From NCBI RefSeq assembly GCF_015243575.1, contig NZ_CP042469.1: a stretch of DNA of 64,000 nucleotides; one strand, 5' to 3'. The notes under the pieces were generated by a model. That model worked only from the letters and a program-made list of their open reading frames with translations. It did no database searches and had not been told where the DNA came from. Made by a program: the position numbers and the translations under genes. The stretch is from Anoxybacterium hadale (GTDB lineage Bacteria; Bacillota; Clostridia; Peptostreptococcales; Anaerovoracaceae). Below are positions 10,460 to 19,831 of the stretch, piece by piece (position 1 is the first letter of the stretch; each line of letters starts with the position of its first letter).

Positions 10460-10597
10460 TTAATCGCGCAGCTTCTGCTCTGCACACAGATTTTTTCACC
10501 TTGTGTACTGCTGAGATGACGATCGCCTGCAGCTGCTACTACGATTGTTGACATTACCATGATGATTATAACAAAGGGTATGAAGTATTTTTCCATA
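10460..10597 (-). CDS. Hypothetical 45-aa small hydrophobic protein
   Basis: MEKYFIPFVIIIMVMSTIVVAAAGDRHLSSTQGEKICVQSRSCAIN. Perfect AGGAGG 7 nt upstream. Not in the ORF track because it is shorter than 60 aa. Confidence 0.35.
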
Positions 10598-10779
10598 ATT
10601 CATTCCTCCTGTTTGACTGCGGTTAGAACCAGCAGCCTGACATTTCCAGATGCCTTTTGCTCAAATCTACGATTTTTTCCGCAATATTATTAGTATAACA
10701 CATTTTTGTCCAAAAGAATAGCATCATTTGGAAATTCATGATTTTTCAAATGATACAGGCGAGTCTGCAACAAAAGACT

Positions 10780-11664
10780 TCATTTTAGCAATGAATCATT
10801 ACGTTCCGCGCGGATAGAAAGTGCTTTTTGTCCGCATGCCGATATACAGCTGCCGCAGCGGATGCATTCCATACTGTTGGGATTTGCTTCCACATTGATA
10901 TTCATTTTGCACGACCTCGTACAGGCGTGACAATGTACACATCTTGAGCGGTCAATTCTCAAACGATAAAGAGATATTTTATTAAAGAAACCGTAGATTG
11001 CCCCTAGGGGGCAAACATACTTGCAAAAGGGGCGGTAAATCATCATTGAAAGAAGGATTAAAAGCAGCAAAATTCCATTTTTCCATAAGAACAACAGCCC
11101 TGCAGCCTGTCTTATTCCATCATTCCTAAAAACGAGCGGCCAGCCGGCCATCAAGGTTCCCGAAGGACAAATCCATTTGCAAAACCAAGGTTCCCCCTGC
11201 CCCACAATATCTACAACAAACATTGGCAGCAAAATGACAAAGATCAGCAGAATCCCATATTTCGCATAGCGCAGCGTTCTGTCGCCCGGTACTCTTTTTA
11301 TTTTTTTCACAAAAGGAATGCGATGCAATAAGTCTTGTATCAAACCAAACGGGCAGAGCCAGCCACATACAATTCTGCCTATCAGCGAACCAACCAACAG
11401 AAAAAATCCGGTCAGATAGAACGAAAAGGTGAAATTACGGGAAGCCAACACCGCCTGAAGAGATCCAATGGGGCAGGAACCTAAGGCTCCGGGACACGAA
11501 TAGCAATTTAGACCCGGAAGGCATAGAGATTTAGAGGGTCCGGTATAGATTCTTCCCTCATAGAACCCCTTCCAGTATCCATTGGTTGCCGCTGTAAATA
11601 CAATCTGAACCCATATACGGAGACGTTCTTTTCCAGCCGAAATGATCCGGAAGCTCCGTTTCAT
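10780..11664 (-). CDS. 4Fe-4S binding membrane protein, NapH/MauN-like polyferredoxin
   Basis: Multiple TM segments plus CxxCxxC and CPxG clusters (CYSCPGALGSCP, CVHCHACTRSC, CIRCGSCISAC). I chose the ATG at 11664 over the TTG at 11676. Confidence 0.8.
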   Translation of the reverse strand: MKRSFRIISAGKERLRIWVQIVFTAATNGYWKGFYEGRIYTGPSKSLCLPGLNCYSCPGALGSCPIGSLQAVLASRNFTFSFYLTGFFLLVGSLIGRIVCGWLCPFGLIQDLLHRIPFVKKIKRVPGDRTLRYAKYGILLIFVILLPMFVVDIVGQGEPWFCKWICPSGTLMAGWPLVFRNDGIRQAAGLLFLWKNGILLLLILLSMMIYRPFCKYVCPLGAIYGFFNKISLYRLRIDRSRCVHCHACTRSCKMNINVEANPNSMECIRCGSCISACGQKALSIRAERNDSLLK

Positions 11665-11668
11665 AACG

Positions 11669-11815
11669 TTAGCCAATTCCGATACACTCCAGACATATAT
11701 TGATGGCTTTCCTTAGTACCACAGCGATTTCACCCCGATAGATTCCAGTAATCATAAAGACTGCCCCCGCAGCTGCAAGCAGCGGAGGAAAGAATCTCGC
11801 CAATCTACGTTTCAT
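11669..11815 (-). CDS. CD1871A-family small CXXC-motif membrane peptide (48 aa)
   Basis: MKRRLARFFPPLLAAAGAVFMITGIYRGEIAVVLRKAINICLECIGIG. GGGAGG RBS. Stop lies 4 nt from the start of the NapH-like gene. The family is known to pair with 4Fe-4S proteins. Confidence 0.6.
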   Translation of the reverse strand: MKRRLARFFPPLLAAAGAVFMITGIYRGEIAVVLRKAINICLECIGIG

Positions 11816-11919
11816 TTCAGTCCTCCCATCTAGAGTTTTACTCATAAATTTCTAGAGGCGCAACGAATAGATCACCTTACTGCACATATTTTGAGGCAGA
11901 GCCTCATCATTACTTAGTT

Positions 11920-12504
11920 CTAATTTGAATGCATTTTATCAATCAGTGATTTCCATTCATCCTTGCTTTTCGATCCAATATAAAACTCGCTTACAATATT
12001 GCCGTCACCATCAACAAAAAAGCTGGCGGGAATGGCATCAAACTGACTCAGCACCGGTTCAATCATTTCCTCAGAAATCAGCAAATGCGGGTATCCCGCA
12101 CCTGTTGTACTCACAATCTCTTGCGCCAACGTTTTTTGGTCTTCAATTACCTGCATATCATTGTCCTGAACATCTATTACAATTCCGACAATGTTAACAC
12201 CCGTTGGCTCGTATTCCTTTTGGAGTTCCCCTAAATCGGGCATCTCGTTGAGGCATGGTTTGCAGAAGGTGCCCCATACATTGACCAGTGTAAGGTCATA
12301 TCCGCTGAAGATCTCCTGGGTTTGTTCCTCACCGTAGATATCCGTTGTTTTAAAGCTGGTCAGACCCGCTGAGGCATCTTTACCGCTCCCCTGCTCCTGC
12401 GTAGGCGGGATAATCTGATCCCCTTTGTCAGGCTTATTTCCGCAGCCAAACAACAGAGCAATGCTCATTAATAGAACGACGAAAAAAAATAATCTCTTAT
12501 TCAC
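11920..12504 (-). CDS. TlpA-family thiol:disulfide oxidoreductase lipoprotein (thioredoxin fold)
   Basis: Lipobox LLFGC, WGTFCKPC thioredoxin motif. Confidence 0.85.
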   Translation of the reverse strand: MNKRLFFFVVLLMSIALLFGCGNKPDKGDQIIPPTQEQGSGKDASAGLTSFKTTDIYGEEQTQEIFSGYDLTLVNVWGTFCKPCLNEMPDLGELQKEYEPTGVNIVGIVIDVQDNDMQVIEDQKTLAQEIVSTTGAGYPHLLISEEMIEPVLSQFDAIPASFFVDGDGNIVSEFYIGSKSKDEWKSLIDKMHSN

Positions 12505-12592
12505 ACAATACCTCCATTTCGCTGGACGTACCCACTTCAGGAACGTCCATGTTTCACCTTTTCGTTACTGCTCGCAGCCAATGCCATTACCA

Positions 12593-13960
12593 TCAGCTGT
12601 GCATTAGAACACCTTTTATCCCGTCGCGGTATAGTTCCGTAAGTTCCACCTTTACAAATACATTACAAAGGGTTTCATCTCCCTGACAATATACTTTAAT
12701 GTAGTTGTCAGACAGGCCTTCCAGCAATCCAGTATTCTCATCATATTGCTCCAGAAGGACTCTTCTTACAGTACCTAAGTTTTTTTTGCAGAAAGCCTCT
12801 GCTGCCTTCTCCGAAAGCTTATGCAGTGCATCGCTTCGCCTTGATTTGGTCTCAGGGGAAATATGACCTTTCATTTGGGCTGCTTTTGTACCTTCTCGTT
12901 TTGAGTACTTGAAAACATGCACCTTCGAAAGTTCAGCCAACTCAACGATACTGCAGCTATCCTCGAAGTCCATTTCCGTCTCACCTGGGAACCCTACAAT
13001 AATATCCGTGGTCACACCGAACCCTGGATCGTGGTCTCTGAGGCGCTTCACAAGCTTTAGATATTGTTCCTGCGTATAGCTTCGATTCATCTCCTTCAGG
13101 ATTCTGTCGCTTCCGCTTTGAAGTGACAGATGTAGATGGGGACAAAGCTTTTCATATTGCAGCAGCCTGCAAGCGTAATCTGCATCAATTACATTGGGCT
13201 CCAAAGAACCAATCCGAATTCGAAAATCACCGTCAAGTCTATTGAGCTCTCTTATCAGGATCTCAATACCGTAAATTGATTCCTTCTCTTTATCATTATC
13301 ACCGGTTTCTGATACTTTTTCAGTAACCAAATCACTGAAATCTTTTTCCATACCGTAAAGTGCGGTATTGATGCCTGTGAGCACAAGCTCTTTAAATCCC
13401 TGGGCAATCAGGCTCTTTGCTTCTGCAACCACATGAGGAACAGCTCTGCTTCTCACGGAGCCTCTGGCGTATGGAATTATGCAATAAGAGCAGAACCGGT
13501 TGCATCCCTCCTGAACCTTAATGAAGGCTCTGGTTCGTGAGTCCATGGAAGTTATGATTCCTGTGTCCTCAAATTCTGTGAGCTCATCCCATTCCCGGAT
13601 ATGGCTTTCCACACCATTTTCTCTCACATATGCTTCGATATATTCCGGCAATTTATTTTTTTCATTTGTTCCTGCTACGATATTCACACCTGCTATGTTT
13701 TTGGCCTCCTCTGGGCTCACTTGCGCATAACAGCCGATCACCGCCGTTATACTATCTGGATTGATTTTTTTAGCCCTTCGAATGTATTGTCTTGACTTTC
13801 GGTCCGACAAGCCGGTTACCGTGCAGGTATTGATGACATAGACATCGGCGAAATCATCTTCAGCGACGATCTCATACCCTCTATTTTGAAATTTTTCCTT
13901 CAACGCCTGCGTTTCGTATTGATTTACTTTACAGCCCAGCGTGTGAAACGCAATTTTCAT
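12593..13960 (-). CDS. mtaB: tRNA t6A37 methylthiotransferase MtaB (radical SAM MiaB/RimO family)
   Basis: MKIAFHTLGCKVNQYETQ, radical SAM CNRFCSYC, TRAM-like C-terminus. Matches yqeV in the rpsU neighbourhood. Confidence 0.85.
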   Translation of the reverse strand: MKIAFHTLGCKVNQYETQALKEKFQNRGYEIVAEDDFADVYVINTCTVTGLSDRKSRQYIRRAKKINPDSITAVIGCYAQVSPEEAKNIAGVNIVAGTNEKNKLPEYIEAYVRENGVESHIREWDELTEFEDTGIITSMDSRTRAFIKVQEGCNRFCSYCIIPYARGSVRSRAVPHVVAEAKSLIAQGFKELVLTGINTALYGMEKDFSDLVTEKVSETGDNDKEKESIYGIEILIRELNRLDGDFRIRIGSLEPNVIDADYACRLLQYEKLCPHLHLSLQSGSDRILKEMNRSYTQEQYLKLVKRLRDHDPGFGVTTDIIVGFPGETEMDFEDSCSIVELAELSKVHVFKYSKREGTKAAQMKGHISPETKSRRSDALHKLSEKAAEAFCKKNLGTVRRVLLEQYDENTGLLEGLSDNYIKVYCQGDETLCNVFVKVELTELYRDGIKGVLMHS

Positions 13961-14088
13961 TCTTTATTCCCTTTCTTAACAGAGACACTGATTTATGAAA
14001 AGGCGCACAGATGTGCGCCTAAATTATTCAGAGATTACTGAAATTAATGCTCCTTTATTCTTCCGATCAGTGTCTTTTCAATCTTGTT

Positions 14089-15279
14089 TCAATGCTTTTT
14101 CAACTCTTCCATCAGTGCTTTGAATTTTGGAAGTGCTGTTTCGATGGTCTTAGGCGATACACAATATACAAGCCTTACGTAACCGGGACAGCCAAAGGAA
14201 GTACCCGGAACGATGAGAAGCTGATGCTCCTTCGCCATATTGACAAACTCAAATTCACTTTCCAGCGGCGATTTTACCCAAAGATAAAATGCACCATCAG
14301 GATAAATACACTCAAGCCCTGCTTCCGTTAGACCGTTATAAAGCATCTGACGATTTTTATCATAAAAATTGATATCTGCTTTTTCATCAAGGCACTTTGC
14401 TACCGCTCTTTGAATCAGTGACGGTGCGCTGACATAACCAAGAATTCTGGTTGCAACATTTGCTGCTCCGATGAGGTCTTCTGAATCCGCTGCTTCATCG
14501 GGAATCACCAGATATCCGATTCGTTCGCCAGGCAAAGACAGCGATTTGCTAAAGGAGTACCCCACAATCGTGTTATCATAATATTTGGTGATATAAGGAA
14601 CTTCCACATCTCCGTAGACCAGTTCACGGTATGGTTCATCTGAGATGATATAAATATCATTTCCAAGTTCTTTTTGTTTCTTCCTTAATATTTCCGCAAG
14701 ACCAATAATCGTCTCCACAGGATATACAACACCGGTAGGATTATTAGGATTATTGATGATGACCGCCTTTGTCTTCGGTGTAATACGTGCTTCAAATTCT
14801 TCTAAATTTAATTGAAAATCCGGTATCGATGCTGGGACAACGATGAGCTGTGCATCAAAATTGGAAGCATAATTTCTATACTCTCCAAAGAACGGAGCAA
14901 ATGTTATAATTTCATCGCCAGGGTTGATCAGGGTTTTCAGGATAACATTGAGTCCTCCAGCCGCACCAACAGACATGACAATATTTTTTTCTGCAAAGGA
15001 GGTTCCGAATCGCTTGTTAATAGACTCTGCAACCTTTGCTCGAACATCTTCGTATCCGGAATTATTCATATAACCGTGCACCAATGTGGGTTCGTCCTCA
15101 TCCAGAACATCGATGATTGCTTTTTTTACTGATTCCGGAGGCGGAAGGTTGGGATTTCCCAGACTGAAATCACATACATTTTCTTCACCATATATGGCAG
15201 CCAGTCGTTTCCCTTCTTCAAACATTGCTCGGATGGCAGAGCTGCCAACCAAAAGGGTTTTCATTTTATTTGATATCAT
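14089..15279 (-). CDS. PLP-dependent class I/II aminotransferase (aspartate/aromatic type)
   Basis: NPNNPTG and SFSKSLSLPGERIG (PLP lysine). Start set at MISNK, which has an AGGAGGG RBS. The longer ORF-track N-terminus is rejected. Confidence 0.85.
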   Translation of the reverse strand: MISNKMKTLLVGSSAIRAMFEEGKRLAAIYGEENVCDFSLGNPNLPPPESVKKAIIDVLDEDEPTLVHGYMNNSGYEDVRAKVAESINKRFGTSFAEKNIVMSVGAAGGLNVILKTLINPGDEIITFAPFFGEYRNYASNFDAQLIVVPASIPDFQLNLEEFEARITPKTKAVIINNPNNPTGVVYPVETIIGLAEILRKKQKELGNDIYIISDEPYRELVYGDVEVPYITKYYDNTIVGYSFSKSLSLPGERIGYLVIPDEAADSEDLIGAANVATRILGYVSAPSLIQRAVAKCLDEKADINFYDKNRQMLYNGLTEAGLECIYPDGAFYLWVKSPLESEFEFVNMAKEHQLLIVPGTSFGCPGYVRLVYCVSPKTIETALPKFKALMEELKKH

Positions 15280-15663
15280 TTTATCCCTCCTAATAAAAAA
15301 AGTGGAAATGACGGAATTCAAAGCGTAATTGAAGATTCCAATTTCCTGCTGACGCCGACCGGTCAGCATACTTATCCTTTATTGTAGCAGTTTCTTTTTT
15401 TTCTGTAAATCCAATTCCGCAGATTCTCAAGGAAATCAATTTTCGACAATCAGTGATTCAAAGGGTGAGAACATATTAATTGCAGCCTGATTATCAGGGA
15501 TTAGCTGTAATCCTTTTCAATGTAGCTTAGAGATTTTGAGAATATTTCGAATTGTTAAAATATTCATCTCGTGCTAAAATCTATTTTAAAGACACTGAGC
15601 AGCAGGTTCTCTGCCAGAAATCAGTGCTATAGGGAAGGACTTAATTGAAAGGGAGGTTAAGAC

Positions 15664-16005
15664 ATGAAAAGAAGAATAGCAATCTCGGTTTTACTAGTAT
15701 CCGTACTTATCATCAGCAGTTTTGGGTTTGCCTTTGGAGCAAATTCCTATACGGTTCAGCAGGGAGATGTTCTCTGGAAAATCGCAGAGAAATATGAGCT
15801 GTCCTATCAGGAGCTTGCAAAATTCAATCAATTGAAGGATCCAAACCTGATTTACTCAGGTCAGCTACTTCAAATCCCCAGCATACCCAAAGAAATTGCT
15901 CCGTCACCCATCGCAAAAGATGCCTCTAGTCCCCCCTGCCCCTGCGGTAAGCGCGGACAAAGCTGCGGACAGTATCTTAAAAAGCGGGGTCATTTATACC
16001 ATTGA
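15664..16005 (+). CDS. Secreted LysM-domain protein (probable 5' part of a frameshifted LysM-amidohydrolase gene)
   Basis: Signal peptide MKRRIAISVLLVSVLIISSFGFAFG, LysM YTVQQGDVLWKIAEKY. The ORF runs through a C6 tract at 15931-15936 and stops in the -1 frame of the downstream amidohydrolase. Confidence 0.6.
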   Translation: MKRRIAISVLLVSVLIISSFGFAFGANSYTVQQGDVLWKIAEKYELSYQELAKFNQLKDPNLIYSGQLLQIPSIPKEIAPSPIAKDASSPPCPCGKRGQSCGQYLKKRGHLYH

Positions 16006-17638
16006 CTCCGCTGATTCCGTTGCAGAAGCCATTGCGATTAAGGACGGCAAGATCGCTTTTGTTGGAAGCAACGCGGGCGCAGCAGCTTATCAGGGCAGCA
16101 ACACAAAAGTAATCGATTTGAAAGGAAAAACTGTGCTGCCAGGTTTTATTGATGCCCATGCTCATGCCCCCGGAACAAAGCTCACAGAACTGTTCGACAT
16201 CTATCTCTATGAATCGATTACGAAAGAACAGACGCTGGCAGATATCAAAGCATTTATCGATGCCAATCCTAATCTTCAGGAATACTGGGGAACCGGGTAC
16301 ACTGTTGGAATGGCTGGAGATGCCAAAGGGCCAAAGAAAGAATGGCTGGACGAGATCTGTGCAGACAAACCAATCATCCTGACCTCAAATGACGGACACA
16401 ACAAATGGTTGAATTCCAAAGCATTGGAAATGAATGGCATCACAAAGGATACACCAAATCCGGCAGGAGGCTTAATTCAGAAGGATCCCGCCACTGGAGA
16501 GCTCTGGGGCTCTATAACGGATGCAAGTTCCCTGATCACAATGTCCCAAACCTATACAAAGGAGCAGCAGAAGGAAGCCCTCGCTGCATTTGTCCATACA
16601 ATGAATGGTTGGGGATACACCAGCGTCATGTCCATTGCCCCTACAATGGTGGATCTGGAACGGTATCAGGAGTTGGAACAGAGTGGAAATTTGACATACC
16701 GAGTCAATCTGGCAGGTGAGATATCACCCTCCGAGCCATTCGAACCGCAATTGAAGTCTTTGATTGATCTGCGCAGTCGTCTGGACTCCGATTTAATCGA
16801 TGTAACGACCGCGAAAGTATTTGCCGATGGTGTCGTTGAGGGTATGACTGCATATCTGCTGAAGCCTTACGATCCCGCTGCCGGCCTTGATCCAGATTAT
16901 CGCGCAGAATTTTATTGGGATCCCGAGCAGCTTGACCAGTACTTCGATAAAATTATGAAAGCAGGCTTCCAGATCCATGTTCACTCTATTGGTGATGCTT
17001 CCACAAGGTTGGTTCTTGATTCTATGGAATATGCTCAGAACGCGAATCCCTCCATCGATAACAGAAACGTGATTACCCATCTTCAGGTTGTAGACGATGC
17101 GGAAAAAGTCAGGATGGGCAAACTGGAAGTCATCGCGGCGTTGCAGCCTTATTGGCATCTCAAGGAACCGGAATGGTGGGAAGTTGTCGATAAGGTCGCA
17201 CTTGGAGAAGATCGGGCTTACCGTGAGTATCCTGTCAAATCCCTTCTTGATAACGGAGTGCTTCTCACGGCTTCCGGCGACCATCCCGTATCTCCAATCA
17301 ACAACCCTTTCTGGGCCATAGAAGCAGATGTTACAAGGAATTTAAACAATGCGGAATACTATGGGGTTAAGGATATCACGAACAAGGATGATCCTACTTG
17401 GCTGTTAAATCCTGCAGAGCGTGTAACCGTTAAAGATATGGTAAAAGCTTATACAATTAATGGTGCATACCAGCTTTATCGCGAGAAAACCGCAGGTTCA
17501 CTTGAAGCAGGTAAATTTGCAGATCTGATTGTAATCGATCAGGATATTTTCAAAGTAAATCCGCTGAATATTGATAAGACACAAGTGCTGACTACCATTT
17601 TCAACGGGAGAGTCGTATTTGGCGATGAACAATTTTAG
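15920..17638 (+). CDS. Amidohydrolase family protein (YtcJ-like metal-dependent hydrolase)
   Basis: GFIDAHAHAPG metal-binding motif with C-terminal amidohydrolase_3 features. No signal peptide on its own. The start is uncertain because of the frameshift. Confidence 0.75.
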   Translation: MPLVPPAPAVSADKAADSILKSGVIYTIDSADSVAEAIAIKDGKIAFVGSNAGAAAYQGSNTKVIDLKGKTVLPGFIDAHAHAPGTKLTELFDIYLYESITKEQTLADIKAFIDANPNLQEYWGTGYTVGMAGDAKGPKKEWLDEICADKPIILTSNDGHNKWLNSKALEMNGITKDTPNPAGGLIQKDPATGELWGSITDASSLITMSQTYTKEQQKEALAAFVHTMNGWGYTSVMSIAPTMVDLERYQELEQSGNLTYRVNLAGEISPSEPFEPQLKSLIDLRSRLDSDLIDVTTAKVFADGVVEGMTAYLLKPYDPAAGLDPDYRAEFYWDPEQLDQYFDKIMKAGFQIHVHSIGDASTRLVLDSMEYAQNANPSIDNRNVITHLQVVDDAEKVRMGKLEVIAALQPYWHLKEPEWWEVVDKVALGEDRAYREYPVKSLLDNGVLLTASGDHPVSPINNPFWAIEADVTRNLNNAEYYGVKDITNKDDPTWLLNPAERVTVKDMVKAYTINGAYQLYREKTAGSLEAGKFADLIVIDQDIFKVNPLNIDKTQVLTTIFNGRVVFGDEQF

Positions 17639-17885
17639 AATTTAATTCTAGGGGAAAAATATATTTCCAATCATTTGCGCATACGCAATTAAACAGTGTT
17701 TCATCAGATTGAACGAAAGAATTAGGACTTAATAAAAACGAACGTTCCAGCGGAGCATCGGGTTTATTAGGCCCTTTTTCTTTCAATCCCTCTAAAGAAG
17801 CTATGATTTAAGGAAATCATAATTCAAAGCACTGCCGCATATCTATATCTTATAATAGTATCCTGTTGTCCAGGGGGTAGGTGCA

Positions 17886-19823
17886 TTGAAATTGAACAAA
17901 AAAAGATTGATGCTCTTCAGATATCTGCATCCCAGATTGATGAAGCTGATGCTCTTGACCGTCGTTGTCATAGCAGCGGCAGCAGTCCTGTTTTTCATAC
18001 AAATTATTCCTGATGGATTTCCTGTATCTCTCCCGGAGTCTGATAGTTCCATAAAATGGGTTGACTTTGACGTTCCTTATAAGGTGCTTGAAAAAACCAT
18101 GTATCTTGATATCGAGTCTTATGAAACAGAAATTCATCTGAAATGGACAGAGCTCCTCGCCTATCTAGGCGCTAAATACGGCGGAAACTTCAAGTATTAT
18201 AAACAAAAAGATCTGGATGATCTGATCAAGCGGCTGAACGAAGGAGAATCCATTGATACCATTACCGCAGAAATGAAGATGTATGATTATTATAAGGAAG
18301 CATACACAGCAACATTGGGCGGTTTTTTGGGTGAATTCATGGTTCAAATCCCTGTAGATTCTAAAACCGGCGGTGATGTGGTCTGGGAGACAAAGTACGG
18401 GCTGAAAGCCTTTTCTCCTATTCCTGATGGTTACTGGTACTCAGATTTTGATGACTTTGGCGCTGGCAGAAGTTATGGATATAACAGAAAGCATTTTGGT
18501 CACGACTTGATGATAGGCACGGGGACGCCCATTATAGCAATCGAAAGCGGCATCGTAGAGGCCATCGGCTGGAATCAGTACGGAGGGTGGAGAATCGGGA
18601 TTCGGAGTTTTGACAAAAAGCGTTACTATTACTATGCGCATCTTCGAAAGGATCGTCCCTATACAGCCGACCTTTATGTAGGAAAAGCCGTTAAAGCCGG
18701 TGATGTCATCGGCTATTCAGGCAGAACCGGCTACAGCATTAAAGAAAATGTGAACAATATTGATACACCTCATCTTCATGTTGGGATGCAGCTGATCTTC
18801 GATGAAAGTAAAAAAGACAGTCCCAATCAGATCTGGATCGATATGTATTCCATCAGTAAATTATTGCTGAAAAACAAATGTGCCGTATATAAAAATGAGG
18901 AAACAAAAGAATTCTATCGAAAATTTGACTTCACTGAGCCGAGCTATTTTCTCCAAATGGAGAATCTAAAAGACAGCACAAAAAGTAATCAGACAGCCTT
19001 GTTCTCATCAGCCGCACCGGAAGGCAGCATTCCCCTGCCCGTTGTAATGTATCATGGGCTTACTAGAATAAGTAAGTATCAAAACAAGTTCTTCATCAGC
19101 CCAAAGCAGTTTGAAAAGGATCTTCAATATCTGCAGGAAAATCAGTACACACCAGTTGTCATGAAAGATTTGATTGATTATGTCGACAATGGCACCCCGC
19201 TCCCGGAGCGGCCGGTATTGATCACCTTTGACGATGGATTCTTTAACAATTATCTTTATGCTTACCCGCTGCTTAGAGAATATAACATGAAGGCCGTATT
19301 TTCCGTGATCGGTGATCTAGCAGATAAATACAGCGTAATCCAAGATGAGAATGCGTATTACGCATATATGACCTGGGAGGATATCAAAGAACTGAGCGCC
19401 TCCGGTTATATTGAAATACAAAACCACTCCTATGATCTTCATGACAATGACGGAAGCCGCAAAGGAGCAATGCAAAAGCAAGGAGAAAGCCTTGATTCTT
19501 ATCGGCATGTTCTGGAAGAGGATGTAGGAAAAATGCAGCAAATGCTATATGATACAACAGGTCTGATGCCCACAACCTTTACTTATCCTTATGGCTATAT
19601 CAGTAAGAGTTCCAAGGAAATTCTAAAAAACATGGGTTTTCGTGCAACATTAAGTTGTGCTGAAGGCTTGAATTATATTACACGGGATCCCGACTCTCTA
19701 TTTTATTTAAAGAGAGTTTGCCGTTCGCCAGAGGAATCCAGTGCTCAATTTTTTAAATCGATTGCACCGCCGTTAGAAAAACAAGCTGAGAACGAACCTC
19801 AGGACAATCAGGCTGAGCAATAA
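17886..19823 (+). CDS. Membrane-anchored M23 peptidase fused to polysaccharide deacetylase (NodB) domain
   Basis: N-terminal TM, M23 motifs HFGHDL and HLHVGM, C-terminal ITFDDG deacetylase motif. The start could be the TTG at 17886 or a later ATG. Confidence 0.8.
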   Translation: MKLNKKRLMLFRYLHPRLMKLMLLTVVVIAAAAVLFFIQIIPDGFPVSLPESDSSIKWVDFDVPYKVLEKTMYLDIESYETEIHLKWTELLAYLGAKYGGNFKYYKQKDLDDLIKRLNEGESIDTITAEMKMYDYYKEAYTATLGGFLGEFMVQIPVDSKTGGDVVWETKYGLKAFSPIPDGYWYSDFDDFGAGRSYGYNRKHFGHDLMIGTGTPIIAIESGIVEAIGWNQYGGWRIGIRSFDKKRYYYYAHLRKDRPYTADLYVGKAVKAGDVIGYSGRTGYSIKENVNNIDTPHLHVGMQLIFDESKKDSPNQIWIDMYSISKLLLKNKCAVYKNEETKEFYRKFDFTEPSYFLQMENLKDSTKSNQTALFSSAAPEGSIPLPVVMYHGLTRISKYQNKFFISPKQFEKDLQYLQENQYTPVVMKDLIDYVDNGTPLPERPVLITFDDGFFNNYLYAYPLLREYNMKAVFSVIGDLADKYSVIQDENAYYAYMTWEDIKELSASGYIEIQNHSYDLHDNDGSRKGAMQKQGESLDSYRHVLEEDVGKMQQMLYDTTGLMPTTFTYPYGYISKSSKEILKNMGFRATLSCAEGLNYITRDPDSLFYLKRVCRSPEESSAQFFKSIAPPLEKQAENEPQDNQAEQ

Positions 19824-19831
19824 GCAGCTGC

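Noticed and set aside
14089..15369. Extended 426-aa aminotransferase start (MLTGRRQQEIG...)
   Set aside because: Its N-terminal 30 aa have no homology or RBS. MISNK at 15279 has AGGAGGG and matches the family N-terminus.
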